A DNA stretch of 63,863 nucleotides, the filler included, from Welwitschia mirabilis (taxonomy: Eukaryota): the NCBI GenBank assembly GCA_051453625.1. It is 4 parts of one record of this genome, joined end to end, with 100 filler letters (N's around TTAATTAATTAA, not from the genome) between each part and the next. Parts side by side here need not be neighbours in the genome. Positions count along the whole stretch, not along the records: positions 1 to 21,646 come from JBOZIK010000001.1; positions 21,747 to 37,718 come from JBOZIK010000001.1; 2 more parts are not named here. One strand, written 5' to 3'. Shown here piece after piece: positions 13,416 through 27,100 of this stretch. The translations under genes and the position numbers were made by a program. How positions within the stretch are numbered: the stretch's first letter is position 1; each line of letters starts with the position of its first letter. The notes beneath the pieces are model-generated. The model was not told the origin of the DNA. It saw only the letters and a list, made by a program, of their open reading frames with translations, and did no database searches.

Positions 13416-14095
13416 ATGAAAAAGGATATTGAAGAATTTAATGGAAATAATTTCTATACATGGTAAGTAAAAATACAATTATTATTAATTAATAAAGGCA
13501 TGTGGAAATTTACTAGTAGTAAAGTATCGAAGCCTAAAGATCCTGATAAAATTGGCCAATGGAAAGAAGATGATCAAGAAGCCCTTTCTCTTATTAGACT
13601 TAGTCTTAAGGATAGTTATCTTCATCACATTGATCTAAGTAAGACATTAAAGAAACTGTGGAATAACCTATGTAAATTATTTGGCTTAAGTGGAAATGAA
13701 GCTAAATAGGAATTAAAACATCAATTATACATCTTGAGAATGAATGATTTAAAAGATATGAATTAACATATAAACCACTTCAAGTCTCTTTTAGCTTGAT
13801 TATTACTGTAAATTCAAAGATTGATGATGAATATGCCAAAGCCATTCTTCTTAGTAGTCTTACATCCAGATATGCTCATATTGTTTTCACATTAAAGAAG
13901 ATCCCTTGCACATTAGAAAACATAATCTCAACAATTATTGAAGAATACAGAAAAATGCAAGAACAAGAATCTTCTCAAGAAGCTTTAGTTACCCAAAGAC
14001 AAATATTTCAAAGTAGATACAAGTACACTAATAAAGAACATGTTAAATTCTTCTATTGCAATAAGCAAGGACATATATTTATGGATTGCATTTAA
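13416..14095 (+). mobile_element. Ty1/Copia gag pseudogene
   Basis: MKKDIEEFNGNNFYTW*VKIQLLLINKGMW..., ALSLIRLSL...LWNNL (UBN2/gag-like), AILLSSL, knuckle (C)FYCNKQGHIFMDC. Stops and frameshifts; no pol follows. Confidence 0.75.
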
Positions 14096-15099
14096 TGTAC
14101 TAAAGATTTCATCAGTGGTAAGTTGAAAACTCAAGATCAAATTATAGAAGCTTCATATTAACTAGAAGATTTAAAAGATCTATCTAAAACAACTTTAGAG
14201 AGAGTAGTAAAGAGAATCATAGAGAAAGAAAGGAAGATCTATCTAAAACAACCCCATCATAGCAATAAGGAAGTGGAAGCGAAGCTTGTTGATCTTGTCA
14301 AAGTGGCCTTTGAAGGTGAAATACTTCATAATCAGAGTAGCTCAGGCATCAAAGGGCCTTTGAAGATATTTTCTTCTTTAGCTTCTTCCCCTCTTCTACA
14401 AAGTTATTCCTGTCAGTCTTTCAAAATGAGTAATTATTGAAGCTTTGGAGGCATCCCTTTTTAGCTTAATACCTTAAGGACTCATATGAATGACATTACT
14501 AATAGAAGGTATATTAATGTAATTGATGATGTTACCTATATAAGCAGATATGTAATTCTAGTTTCTAAAGAATTATTTTAAAAGATCAAGATCATGTCCT
14601 CTAAGGCTAAAAATATAAGAGTCTCATCCTATATCTTAAAAGGCCTCATAGGTTTGCTTATAATTTAGCAATGCATTGTGCTTGGTTAGGTCTATTCTTA
14701 AAGCTTTTTGCATGTGTTTTGATACATTGAAGTCACAACAACTACTCTGCTATAGTTTTGCTGCTGCACTCTAGCATGGTTCAGATGCTCTATGCTATGC
14801 ATTGTCCTACAAATTGAACTCAATTATATTTACAAGGTTTGATCTATCATGTTTTTTATAGATATGAATTTGATCCAACTCTCCAATCTGCTTGATGATT
14901 TTAAATTGCAATCTTGGATGAGATATTATTTCTTACTGATAAATGATATTACATCTATGTTTTTATAGAAGCCATGCATCAATGATCATGAAGTTATTTT
15001 TTCTAAAAGAATTAAAAGTTTTCAAGCTAATGTGAGAGGGGAGAAGGGGATATAATCAAGCTTTTCTAAGATCATTTGCAATAGAACATTGAATGGAAA

Positions 15100-18000
15100 G
15101 GTGATTTTGAAATACATTTTCTTCATGGTACATAGAACAATCTTGATCAACTCTTAAGTTCCTATGAATGAGTTTATCTACTATGGAAATGCAATCCTTT
15201 AACATATATCACCAAAACATCTTTTTTTTTTTTTTTTGGGAATATCTAGTTTTTATAATTTCTTTCACTCATAGCCATAATTAAACAAATTATGATAGAT
15301 TTTTAAGATGTTGATTTTGCCATTTTGAATAAAAAGAGTTTGATTTTCAAAAATTTGAGGCCAAACGTCTTTAATGGAGTGAATCATGTGTCTCCAAAAA
15401 GTAGACTGCCTTTATTTATTGTCATGTTTCTCTTTAAATAATATTATTTAAAGAATTTTGTTGTCTAGTAAGAACCTATAGTAGTTCTTTACAAGGATGC
15501 ATTCATTTATGTCAATAGTTTTTCTAATGCTAAGGCCACCTGCTTTTTTTGGCATGGGTATCTACTTAAAATTTATAAGATGTAATCTTTTTTAGGGCTT
15601 ACTACCTAACCAAATAAAATCTTTGATAATATTATTTATCAAGCTANNNNNNNNNNNNNNNNNNNNNNNNNNNNNNNNNNNNNNNNNNNNNNNNNNNNNN
15701 NNNNNNNNNNNNNNNNNNNNNNNNNNNNNNNNNNNNNNNNNNNNNNTAGCATACTTATTAGATATAGTAAAACAACTAACAGAGTAAATGGTCATGCCTA
15801 CCAGATAAGATTTCATAAGGAGGATTTTCATTGTACTTGATAAAAATTTATTATCTCATCTAATCAAGCGAGCTACAATTTTCCTTATCAAGGGAGGCCA
15901 AATTTTATTAACAATCTAATTAGAATTAAAAGGAACACTAAGATAAGCATCAAAGAAGTTTTATTGTAAACATTAAAAGATCTTCAAGATATCTTCTTTT
16001 CTTTTCCAAGAAGTATTTATAACGATGAGATTAGATTTATGCCAATTTATTATAAGACCTGAGAAACTATGAAACTCATTCAAAAGGGTACGAGATTGCC
16101 TAGTCATAGAAAGGCTAGAGTCTAAACATAAAAAAGTATTATCTATGAATTAAAGAATGGGATGGAAGAAGCTAATTTGGTAGATGATATCTAATTTTAA
16201 AGGAAGAGCCTAACTAAGGAATCCTATGCAACAACAAAAATGCTAGTAGAGAGGGGATCTCCTTCACGAAGACTGTTGCTATTCTAGAAATAACTATATC
16301 TCTCTTCATTGATTATAATAGGAAATGTTGACATTGAAATGTATAATGGATGAGACATCTGAGAGGCGCAGGTACACCGCGCTTCTGTAACACATAGTCT
16401 ACTATTTTTTACTATACAGTGTCAAACGCTTTAGCTAATTGAGCCTAAGAAGTATTATAGGTTTATTTTTTCTATGATGCAAATGAATAACTTCATTAGC
16501 AAGGATGACATTGGCATGGATGAATCTATCTTAAAAAGAAACAAAATGAGAAGAGAGAACCATATTTGAAAGGAGCATTTTAGGCTTCTCTATAATAATC
16601 TTGATGCAAATCTTGTAGAAAACATTACAAAGATTAATTGACCTATATTAATTAGAACTTTCTGCATCTTCTGTTTTGGGAATAAGGGTAATAAAAGTGT
16701 CATTGAAAGGTTTGTATAAGGTACTTTACTGAAAGTTTCTTGGACTGCATCATAGACATTAAATCTAATAATATCCTATAATTCTTAATAGAACTCCATA
16801 GTGGATCCATTGGGCCTGGTAACCTATTCTTTTTTATTGAGTTAACAGTGTTTCTAATTTTATCTTCTATGATTCTTTGGTTTAAGTAGCATTGTTATTC
16901 TTTAGTGATAAGAGGACAAACTGGGATACTACTTAGAACCACTGATGAGTGTTAATATTATAGCATGTTGCAGATGTACTCCACTATATACTGTTTTTTA
17001 TCTATGTTTATTCATTGTCTAGATAAAGAGCTTTGTGTAATGGTCCCCTTCTTTAAGCCACAGTATTCTAGATCTTTATTTTCAGTAAGTTTGTTCCTTT
17101 AAACATATATTATAAATTTGGAAGATAAGATGCTTTTCATAATCTATATTTGCATTGGTAACTTCATTGTGCTTTTGGATAATAGCAAATTCTTTTAATA
17201 ATTAATTTTTAACATTTTTGAAAGGATCATGCTTTAAAATTTTAAGCTTTTGAAATAATCTATAAGTAGATGTACCTTTTACCAGAGTATTCCAAATATG
17301 CTTGATGGGATTTTTAATTAGGGGTGCTTGAAGTTGAAGGATATTTCTTTTGAGGGGAATTCATCATTAGAACTATAGGCCTGTGATCAGAGAAAAACAT
17401 AGCTTTTGCTTTGAGGAAGAAATGTTCATTTGAGTTTTTAACCAAACATCTTTTGATTCTAGACACAACAAGATTTGCTTCTTCTCGAAGATTACTCCAG
17501 CTATAAGAAGCACCATGCAAACTAAGATCTTTGTAACCTTAGTTATTAACACACTTGGTAAAAAGATCAATAGTAAAAATATTAGAAACATTACCAAACT
17601 TCTCGTGAGAGCTGAAAATCTAACTAAAATCACCCATGATGATATCTAAAGAGTTTAACCTACTATGATGCAAGCATTGAAGTCTTTGGTCTGCTTCCTA
17701 AGGCCCATATAAATTGGTGATTCTTCTTTTTTTATTATTAAAAATATAATTAATAGTAATGTGATTGTTACTTTACTAATAGTGAAAACGCTATTATGCT
17801 TTAAAAGGATCATCAATCCTCCTTTTATATTCATATTCAAAATCAAAATAAAGGACCAAAAATCTTTTTTGTAAAAAAGGCTAAATTTTAAAGAGTCAGG
17901 CTTTGTTTCTTAAAGAAGAAAGATAAATGTAAGCGAATCCTTCAAAAGACTCTAAAGGTGAAAGTTTTTCTAATCATTTCCAAGGCCTCTGCAACTCCAT

Positions 18001-19500
18001 AAAATGATCATTGAAAGAGGAGTTGAGATTGCTCATCATCTCAGATGTCCTCTTTTGTCTCCTTTTTAATTTTACCTTTTCTAGTATTCATTCTAATTCT
18101 TCTTTTTATCTATCTAGATTTTCCAATTTTGTTGGCCATAAGTGTATCTGGAACATGCTCATCTACATTTTTTCCACTCTTTTTTTATTTTTATTTTATT
18201 TCCATTTTGTCTGCTACTATTGCAACTGTTATTATGATACTATATTGGATGCGTTATGGGCAGGCTTTATGTACTCTTATTTAACTATCTTACGCTCATT
18301 TTTTGTTTCTATTTCCTTTATCTGTTCTAGTTCTTGCTCTAATAAAATATCATATTTATTTATTTGTGTAATTAGATCATTGTTTGGCATTAAAATTGGC
18401 TTTTTTGGGTATTTTTTCCCTAACTTCTTGTCAATCATTCTTTTCAACCTTCTTATTTAACTTATATTTTTCCATTGTATGTCCATTTTCTCCACATTTT
18501 AAGCATTATAGTGGAATATTTCAATTTCAAGATTGAAAATCGATTCTTCCCACATAACATCTAAGATTTTTTATTTTATTTTATTTTATTTTATTTTATT
18601 TTATTTTTTGTTGAAACTGTTTAGTTTCATATATATACATATTCTAGCTATTACCATTTTTGTCAAGTTTAATAAAATCTTCCTACGTATCATTAAGTTA
18701 TTTGAAAAAAATCAAGCTACCATATTTCTAAGTGAGGGTTTGAGATACTGATCCAAATCAAAATCTTTTTTAGAATAGAGGGCTTATCAAGGATGAAGGA
18801 AGATCATTTAGTTAAGGCTAAACCTCTACGACAAAAAAAAAGAACCCTCTTATTAGAACCTTATTCATTTCTTCTTCTATATCAAAAAAAAAAAATGCAA
18901 TAATCAATCTCTAATAAGGATTACCTTATAACTTACAAAACATTTTTAATTATATCATAAACACACTTTTTTAATGAATAACACCCTCTTGAGGATTGGA
19001 ATCTACCAATGTAATTATTTCTGAAGCAAGCCTCCAAATACTTAGAATAATTGATAGGCATCTTTGCACAGATGATATCTCTTTCATGCTTAAAGCCAAA
19101 ATCTAAGTTAGGAAAGATTTGAGGATTACTTTCCCTAATTAATGTTGCATAAGATTTGCAACTAAAAAATTCTGCCATCCTTGGAAAGTTAAAGAATGCT
19201 TCCACTACCTTAGATACCTCAGATAGACTTGATCCTATCCTTTAGGTTTTCATGGTTCATAAGTAATTGATTGAAAAACTTCCCTTAGGGGTAAAAAAAC
19301 TAACGTGAGGTCTAAGTATATACTACTACATTCTTTGGGTTTTCATAATAGATAGTACAATGAAGGAGTTAAATAAAAAGTGCATTGAAGACATACTATG
19401 CCAGAACTTGAAACCACCTTTATAAAATCTCTAAGGAAAAATACTTGTGCGAAGAAGCTACAAAAGAGGAGAATGCACTAGCACATAGAAGACACCCTAG
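15100..19500 (-). mobile_element. Degenerate L1 LINE (ORF1 plus EN-RT ORF2)
   Basis: Minus-strand remnants: ORF1 (FPNLDF...FRNNYIGRF), endonuclease YSWSN...SDHRPIVL, WLKEGDHYTK, INLCNVFYKI, LREGDPLS, LINF..PMPKKAGGLSIR. Many stops; 3' end approximate. Confidence 0.85.
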
Positions 19501-19529
19501 ATTTAGATAAGAAATACCTCTTGAACTAC

Positions 19530-21279
19530 TATTATGTAGCCTAAAAGCAAAATCCTAGCTTCGCTATTCTACTCTACTCTGTTCTGATTCCTCCACTCTA
19601 CTTTCATAAGGAAATGCTCTTTAATTAGCATCTCATAAACTCCAAAAACCCAAAAGGGTAGGATAAATTAGATCTAAGGAAGTAAAAGTAAGTTTTAGAA
19701 TCTTTAATAATAGTAGAATGTGCAAGTACCAAATCATATGCAAACTTAATGGAGAGAAGCAAGCCTTAAAGCTTCCCTAACTTAGACTTAAACTTAAGCA
19801 AAAAGAAGAAATCATCCATGCAAAGATGCGAGAGAACTATTCTAGGCATTTGAAGGTCCATTTTAGAAATAGTTTCATTGGCAAAATTTAGTTTGCGGGT
19901 AGGTTTCTGTTCCTAACAAAAGTGTGACTATGGTGCAACCAAAAATTTCTAGTAAGATGCAAGGTAATTCCTCTTAAAAACGGGTTATTACATTTTTTTT
20001 CTACACTAAAGAGGAATGAATAAGATTTTAGTAGAATGATCTTTTTTTTTTTTGGCCATAAAGGATTTAGCCCTTTCAAAATGATCTTCATTAATTCTTG
20101 ATAAACCTCTCATATTTGAAAAGATTGTAGTCCACATCCGAAGATATGCCATCTAAATTTTTTCAAGTAACTTAGAGATATGCTAAGAAAGTTTGTCAAA
20201 CTAGATAGAAACTAGATGTAATGATGAGAATAATGACTACTAGAATCTGCATTTATATGAGGCTAGATAGCTTCAAATCCAATAAGATTATCCTTAATAC
20301 TTATGAGGTAAATTAATTTTCAACATGAAGGTAAATAATGTTATTTTATACTATTTAAAATGTGGTGAAAATGGGCATGTAGTGGAAAAATACAAGAAGG
20401 ATAATAAGACAATAAAGAATGACTAGTAAGAAGTGAACAAAAAGGAACACAAGAAGAAACTACATGTAGTCTCAATTAATAAACAGATTACATAGGTGAA
20501 CAAATACAACATCTTGTTTAAGGAGGAACTAGATGAGTTAAAGGAAAAAAAATCTAAAAAATAACCAAGAAAATGTTAAGTAAGTAATGTAACAGGTAGA
20601 GAGCATTCAAAATGCATTAGTACAATTATTAGAACTGGACTCCAAACCAAACGGCAAAGAGAAAAAAACAATAATGGAAGAGCATGTTGTAAATCCACCA
20701 ACACTAAGCAAAAATGCTATAGTTGGTCAAACGGACAAGAGAATTTAAATAAATATTCACAAAGATAAAATGAAAGAGTAGATAAAGGAGGATATCTAAG
20801 ATGGTAAATAGTCTCAAATCATCTTCTAATTATTACCTCTTGGAATTGTAGATGCCTTGAAAATGGCTGGAATATTTCCCATCTTTGGAGTTTGTTGAAA
20901 GACTCTCCTATGTTTAAGTGTCTTATTTAAGGAAAAAAATTGAATCCAATTAAAACTAGTCATTTTCATACCAATAATACTTAGTCTTTTATTTTGGTTT
21001 TGAGTATAGGTATGAAAGGCAGATTCACGATTCTTTTAAAGTATGATAAGATCACTAATGTTACCAAGTTCTACAGGCCTCAAGATATAGCCCAAATAAG
21101 GCAATACCTTCAAAAAAATCATGTTGAACTCTCTAGAAATAATTATAGGAGATTTCAATTAGATTCTTAGCCTACATGAGAAACTTGGTAATTTTCCTAA
21201 TCTCTCTTCTATTCATTTTTTTTTACTAACTACATCAATAACTATGTTTAAAAAGATCTTCACTTCCATGGTGTACTAT
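19530..21279 (+). mobile_element. L1 LINE, 5' part (ORF1 and endonuclease N-terminus); same family as the minus-strand copy
   Basis: KSYANL...FPNLDL...HFRNSFIGK, knuckle KCGENGH (~20358), ITSWNCRCL (~20832), IIIGDFN (~21138), DLHFHGVL up to the insertion site. Confidence 0.75.
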
Positions 21280-21646
21280 TATAACACTTTGACTTTAATT
21301 ACCCTAATTAATCATAGTTTTTTGCTTTTTTTAAACAATATTATCTAACATGTACAACGAAACCTAGGACCAATTCTTATTTAGACCCTATTAAAACATT
21401 ATAAAATTTGAAATAATTAAATAATATAATTACTACTTAACTATAGATCCTTTTAGTTTGCGTATAATAATGATGTCAAAATTATGTCCTATATTTATTC
21501 TGAACTTTTATTTTCACCACACAAGATATCTTGTATAAAGTTAATAGGATGTTAACTCGTTTTATCACATACAATGGATAGGTTTTAAGATCATGCCTAA
21601 TCAATATAATAGGAGGCTGCATCTCCCATTAATGGCATTCCAAGAT

Positions 21647-21746
21647 NNNNNNNNNNNNNNNNNNNNNNNNNNNNNNNNNNNNNNNNNNNNTTAATTAATT
21701 AANNNNNNNNNNNNNNNNNNNNNNNNNNNNNNNNNNNNNNNNNNNN
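21647..21746. other. Assembly spacer N44-TTAATTAATTAA-N44 (also at 37719-37818 and 60366-60465)
   Basis: The identical 100-nt construct occurs three times; the 12-mer gives stops in all six frames. Artificial contig linker. Confidence 0.95.
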
Positions 21747-23360
21747 TCTAAAATTATTAAGTAGACAACCCTAACGTTTGTGCTTGAAATACAAGAATAG
21801 GGGCCTAAATATTAATAAAGAGATATAAGAATGGTAATAAAGCAAATTTAAGTTAACTAAAAATCAAATAGGGCATTTAAAATAATTTTATACTTGCTTT
21901 AGATAATTTTCTTAATTATTAAAATTGTTTACAGATTTTCTTAGCTTTTAAAGGCATTGGAAGTAAAAATTTCTAATTAATTATTTAAAAATGTAAAAAT
22001 AAATTATACTTACTTTTCTTAAACTAGATTTATTATACAATCTTTTAAAACCAATTTAAATTAGTATAGAGGTNNNNNNNNNNTTTATAGGCTCAAACTT
22101 TAAACTATAAAAATTGCCCAAATTTTGGAATTGTTAAACTAATACCCTTCACTAAAATGGCCATAACTTTTAATCTACTTGGAGTTTTTCAATGAGTAAA
22201 TACTTTTTGAAAAGCTTATTAAAGTATCTACAAGTTGTACTACTCTATTTTTACCCATAACTTTTCATAAATACTAAAAAATGAAACTTGTTACTTATTA
22301 TTTTCTGCTTATAATTTTTGAGTTATTTTCATAAAATATTTTTAAAAATTATTTTACTCTTAAAAAATTACTATTTTAAAAATTTTTAATTTCTGACATG
22401 ATTATGAATCCACATAAAAAATTTCATAAAGTTTTGTTTAGTATTAAATTAGTTATCACTTTCTTAAGTTGTGTATTCGTTTTGAAAGAAAAAAGCAAAC
22501 TTTAACTAAACTAAGAACAAGAGAACTCATACTACTTTATGGAAATAAAAATTAATAAGAATTTATAATAAAAATTTGTATTCAAAATAAAAAACACAAT
22601 TAGAAGTAATACTAGCTCAACTTACTATAATAAATAATGCATCAATACTATAAACCTTAGGATTTTCTAAGAAGGAATGCCTAGCCTAAATAGATTCTTG
22701 AGAATCATACTCATTTACCTTAATGAGACTCTAATACCAATATGATGTAAAATGCATGTCAATAATAATACAATCTAATACAACATGGATACTCAAAATC
22801 ATAATGAACCCCTTGATCACTTGACCAAAATATCCATTAAACACGTAGAAGCTAAGCATATTAAGAGGTCCTTCAACTCTCTCCCTTATTTTAGTTTATG
22901 CCGATAAGATTTAATAATATCTATTAATAGCTCCATCAACTAGTCATATAAAGAGATCCCTTAAATCTCTCTCTTATCTTAGTATTAGCCAGTAAGAGGG
23001 AAAAATGAAACTATTACATTGATACTGCAATCATATGTATAGCCCTAATGTAAAAAATGGAGCTAAGATTCTTTAAATGAAAGAAGAACCTAATTCGAGG
23101 AAAAAATATTCATGATCCTTGAACAAGATTGATAAAGTTCCAAGCTCCAAGCTTTAAGCTTTAAGCTTGAACTTCATACTCAAGAGGATGAAAGATTGAG
23201 AAGAAACTTTAGTAGCACAAACTTGCTTGAAGAATACTAGTATGAGAAGAAGAAAGATGAATCTATTTATAGATAAATGATGTATTAAAGGTTCTTCATA
23301 TAATTGTTTAAAAACCACCTACATCATTTTATCCATAAGATAAAGAAATCTCTTTTACTT

Positions 23361-23595
23361 GATAAGATTGATCAATGACAAGTTAGATAGACTTTCTGTA
23401 GAAGTGATATTGACATGTAAATGACAATGACAAGATTAATCAATGACAAGTTGGATGTACTTTATGTAAAAGTAACATGGACATGTAAATAACAATGATA
23501 AGGTTGATAAATGACAAGTTGGATGAGCTTGTGTAGAAGTGACAATAATAAAATTAATTAATGAGAAGTTGTAAGAGCTTTTGTAAGAAGTGAAA
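23361..23595. repeat. 68-bp tandem repeat (~3.5 copies)
   Basis: Units start at 23361, 23429 and 23497 (gataagattgatcaatgacaagttrgat...), with a fourth degenerate copy. Confidence 0.85.
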
Positions 23596-24564
23596 GTGAT
23601 GTATTAATGAAAAAAGGAATCTTATTTATGACTTATGCATCTAATTTGGATTAGTAATTTTATTTTTTTAATTAACAAGATTAATTACATAAATCATTTC
23701 CTCATATTAGTTCCTTTTTAATCTTTCATAGGCTATAATCGATCCAAAACATATTTAAAATGCATTAGAAAAACAAATGCATCAATTTCAAAATTGTCAT
23801 GTGATACAATAAGAAAAATAATACTTTATTAATAAAGTACTTCCACAAATATCAATAAGGATAAAGACCACATTGGAATAAATTCTACTCATTCATTCTT
23901 TTTAGTTTATAGATAAGAGTGTATGTCCTTATTCACATGTTACACCCTTCATGATCCATCACATCAACAACACAAATCATAAGAAAGGAATGCCATAATT
24001 GAATGTAAGAAGAAATTTTGTAATGGAATGTAAGAAAGTGTTATAATTGAAGGTAAGAAAATGTCATATTTAAACATACTACTCTTACTTTTTACTTACT
24101 TATTATTTTTTCAGTTTTACCAAGTAATTTTAGTTCCTTTTTAGATTTAAATAAGGCACATGGATAAATGATTAAAATAAATATGTCACATGTCATTTTG
24201 TAGATATTTGATTATTATCTTACACATCCATGTGAGTTTTTTAATTTATGTAAATAACTTGCCTAATCATAAATAGGATTATTTTAGTATTAAAATTCTT
24301 ATAATTAACATTACTATTAAAAATAATAAAATTACCCAAAAATAAGATTAATTAATTAAGTTTACTTATGAGTATATATAAGTCAAAATATATGTTTGGC
24401 ATAAGAAACATAATACATTATCAATTACAAGGCTACCCATTGATTCTCATTAAAAAAAAGGATTTTTATTAAAACTAATATCAAAATGTATATATAATTT
24501 AGAGACTCTTATAATCATGTCATTATAATTACTAATTAAAAATTACAAAGTGTGAAATATAACA

Positions 24565-27100
24565 ACTATACACTTGAAGTAATCTTAGAGAAGGTCCTAA
24601 TCTAGTTATGTTAAGAATTGATAGATGCATGGTCAAGGATTGGAATGTTCATTTTTTTCTCAGAGCTAACACTAGGTTTTTTTTAAGACCACAGGCTTGT
24701 AGTTTAACTATAGACTCTCTTTAGAAGAAATATCTATTCTTCTTCGAGCACACTCAGCTAAAAGATCCAAGCTTCATTGATTTTCTCAAGCCTATTTGAA
24801 ATACTCTAGTAGAAGTTACTTCTTATTATAGATTATTTCAAAAGCTTGGAATGTTAAGGTATGAATTAATTTATTGAAAGAAATAGTTGAACAACTCCTT
24901 TAGAAATGTTAGATCTTAATTACTAAGAGACCTCACTATTATTTAGAATTAAAACGAATCTACCAATGCATTTATTAGTTATGAAAAACTCTTGATTTTG
25001 TAAATTTATGATATCTCCTTAAAAGAAGAAGTTTACTGGAAACATAGATCAAGAATTCAGTGGCCTAAGAAAGGAGAACATAATGCAAGATTCTTATTTC
25101 AGATGGCANNNNNNNNNNNNNNNNNNNNNNNNNNNNNNNNNNNNNNNNNNNNNNNNNNNNNNNNNNNNNNNNNNNNNNNNNNNNNNNNNNNNNNNNNNNN
25201 NNTCCAGAGTCTTTTCATGAAAAAGCTAGTGGGCTTATAGCATGTTTGAGTTAGATCCCACATTTCAATAGAGCAATTACATTATCTTAATCAGAGAGTC
25301 ATGAAGGACAAAATTAGGGAAACAATCAATTAAATGCGAAAAACCTAGGACCTAGCCTAGATGGATACACAGTAAATTTCTACTAGAATTTTTGGGATAT
25401 CATCAAGTTAGATGTTTGTGAAGTAGTTTAGGAAAGCTCCAAAAAAAATACTTTTTACAAACCNNNNNNNNNNAATGATACTCTTATTACTATTATTCCT
25501 AAATTAAATGATGCAAATAGTTTGTAACACTGTAGGCTAATCATCTTATGTAATGTCATTTATAAGATTTACTTATAGATAATTGCTTGTCATCTAAAAA
25601 ATCTTCTTCTAAACATGATTTTACCATCTTAGTTAGGTTTTGTGTCAGGTATAATCATTCATGATAAAATTAATTTAGACAATGAAATCAATCATTTGCA
25701 TCACTGGAAGAAAAAACTAGCAATGTTCCTCAAGATAAACATAGCCAAATATTTTGATATAGTATAGTCGAAAATAGTAGATTTCAAACTAAAGGAGCAC
25801 GATCTCCTTATGCTACTTAGAAAACTTCATTTACTTTGTATCTTCATGCTAACTTTCTTGGTAATGATAAACAATAAATAATATGGCTATTTTTAAGGTA
25901 GTAATGGTCTATGATAACGTGACCACTCATACCCTTGCATTTTCATTTTGGTCACGATTCCTTTGCTAGATTATTCATTTAATAGAAAATTATAATAGCT
26001 GAATTGGATCCTTTACTTTCCATCATCTAGTTTGCAGATGACACGTTGTTATACTTAGATTTTAGCCTCCTAGTTGGTTATTAAGCTTATAATATCTTGA
26101 ATGATTTCAACAACTTTTCAAGCCTTGCAATCAATTGCCATATATTAAAATTTTTCATGCTAAATACATCCTAATAGAGAAAATTAGACATTCTAAAGGT
26201 ATTTTAATGCTCCCAAGAAAATTTTTCAGATGCTTATCTTGGTCTTCCTCTAGATTTAGAATAGATAGTAGATACAATTTTAACTTCCTTAGTGAGGAAA
26301 ATTGTAGCTCGATTGTCTAGATGGAACAGAAAATCTTGTCTGGTAAGCTTGATAATATATCTTGCTAGTTGTTTTCCTATCTCCAACAAATTTGCAAGGA
26401 GAATTAATAATTTAATTAGTAATTTCATTTGGTCAAGTGGGAAATCTCACAAGAGGCTCATCTAATTAATTTTAATCAAATTATTATGCCAAAGAAAGGA
26501 GGGGGTCCTAGTGTTAGAATAATTTTAAATATAAGAAAATGCATTCTTACAAAGCATTATTATATATTTTACTCAAAAAACAACATTCATTGGATAAAAT
26601 TTTTTAAGAAGATTGTAAAGACAAGGAAAGATGCTCCATATTTTAAAGACAAGTGATCCATTCCACAAGGAAAATATTACCACACATATTTAAAAATCAC
26701 ACTCTTCCCATTTAAAATGGTAAGATAAGAATCTTCAAAATGTATTACAATCTTTTTAAGTATGATAACAAATTGAAGATGCCATGGAAGATTGTTATTC
26801 CTGAGAAAATCAAGATGTATTAGTGGTAAAGGCTGCATACCTATAGTAGATAAGCTCATCGAAGGGAATTTCAAATAGATCAGGATTGTTCCATATGCCA
26901 TAGAGATAATAAGATGTAACATCATTTGTTCATCTAATAAATGTTCATAAAAGAGCTTTGGATCATCTTAGACACTTCTCCTCCTACAAATTTTAGATTA
27001 GACAGTTTGATCTCTTTCAGAAAAGATAATAATATCATCATAGAATCTTGTTTATTATGGAAGCAGAGGTGATATATTATTTTTTAGCATTAAAAAAAAA
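24565..27100 (+). mobile_element. L1 LINE, 3' part (EN C-terminus, RT)
   Basis: YT*SNLREGPNLVMLRIDRC, YWKHRSRIQW.KKGEHN, DGYT..FY..FW, NDTLITIIPK, LCNVIYKI, FADDTL (~26032), HLINF..MPKKGGG. May continue to ~27520. Confidence 0.85.

Larger units (their letters stand above)
21280..24564. mobile_element. LTR-derived insertion into the LINE, flanked by a 5-bp TSD (composite; spans an assembly gap)
   Basis: TSD ACTAT at 21275-21279 and 24565-24569; termini TATAAC...ATAACA (decayed TG...CA). Minus-strand PBS TGGTATTAGAG at 22729-22739 next to a ...TACATCA end. No coding remnants recognised. Confidence 0.65.

Noticed and set aside
18011..18751. Hydrophobic, membrane-like ORFs on + strand
   Set aside because: Antisense of A-rich LINE ORF1 plus a (TTTTA)n microsatellite; low complexity.
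21691..21702. TTAATTAATTAA palindrome between N runs (also 37763 and 60410)
   Set aside because: Artificial six-frame-stop contig linker; identical N44-12mer-N44 layout each time.
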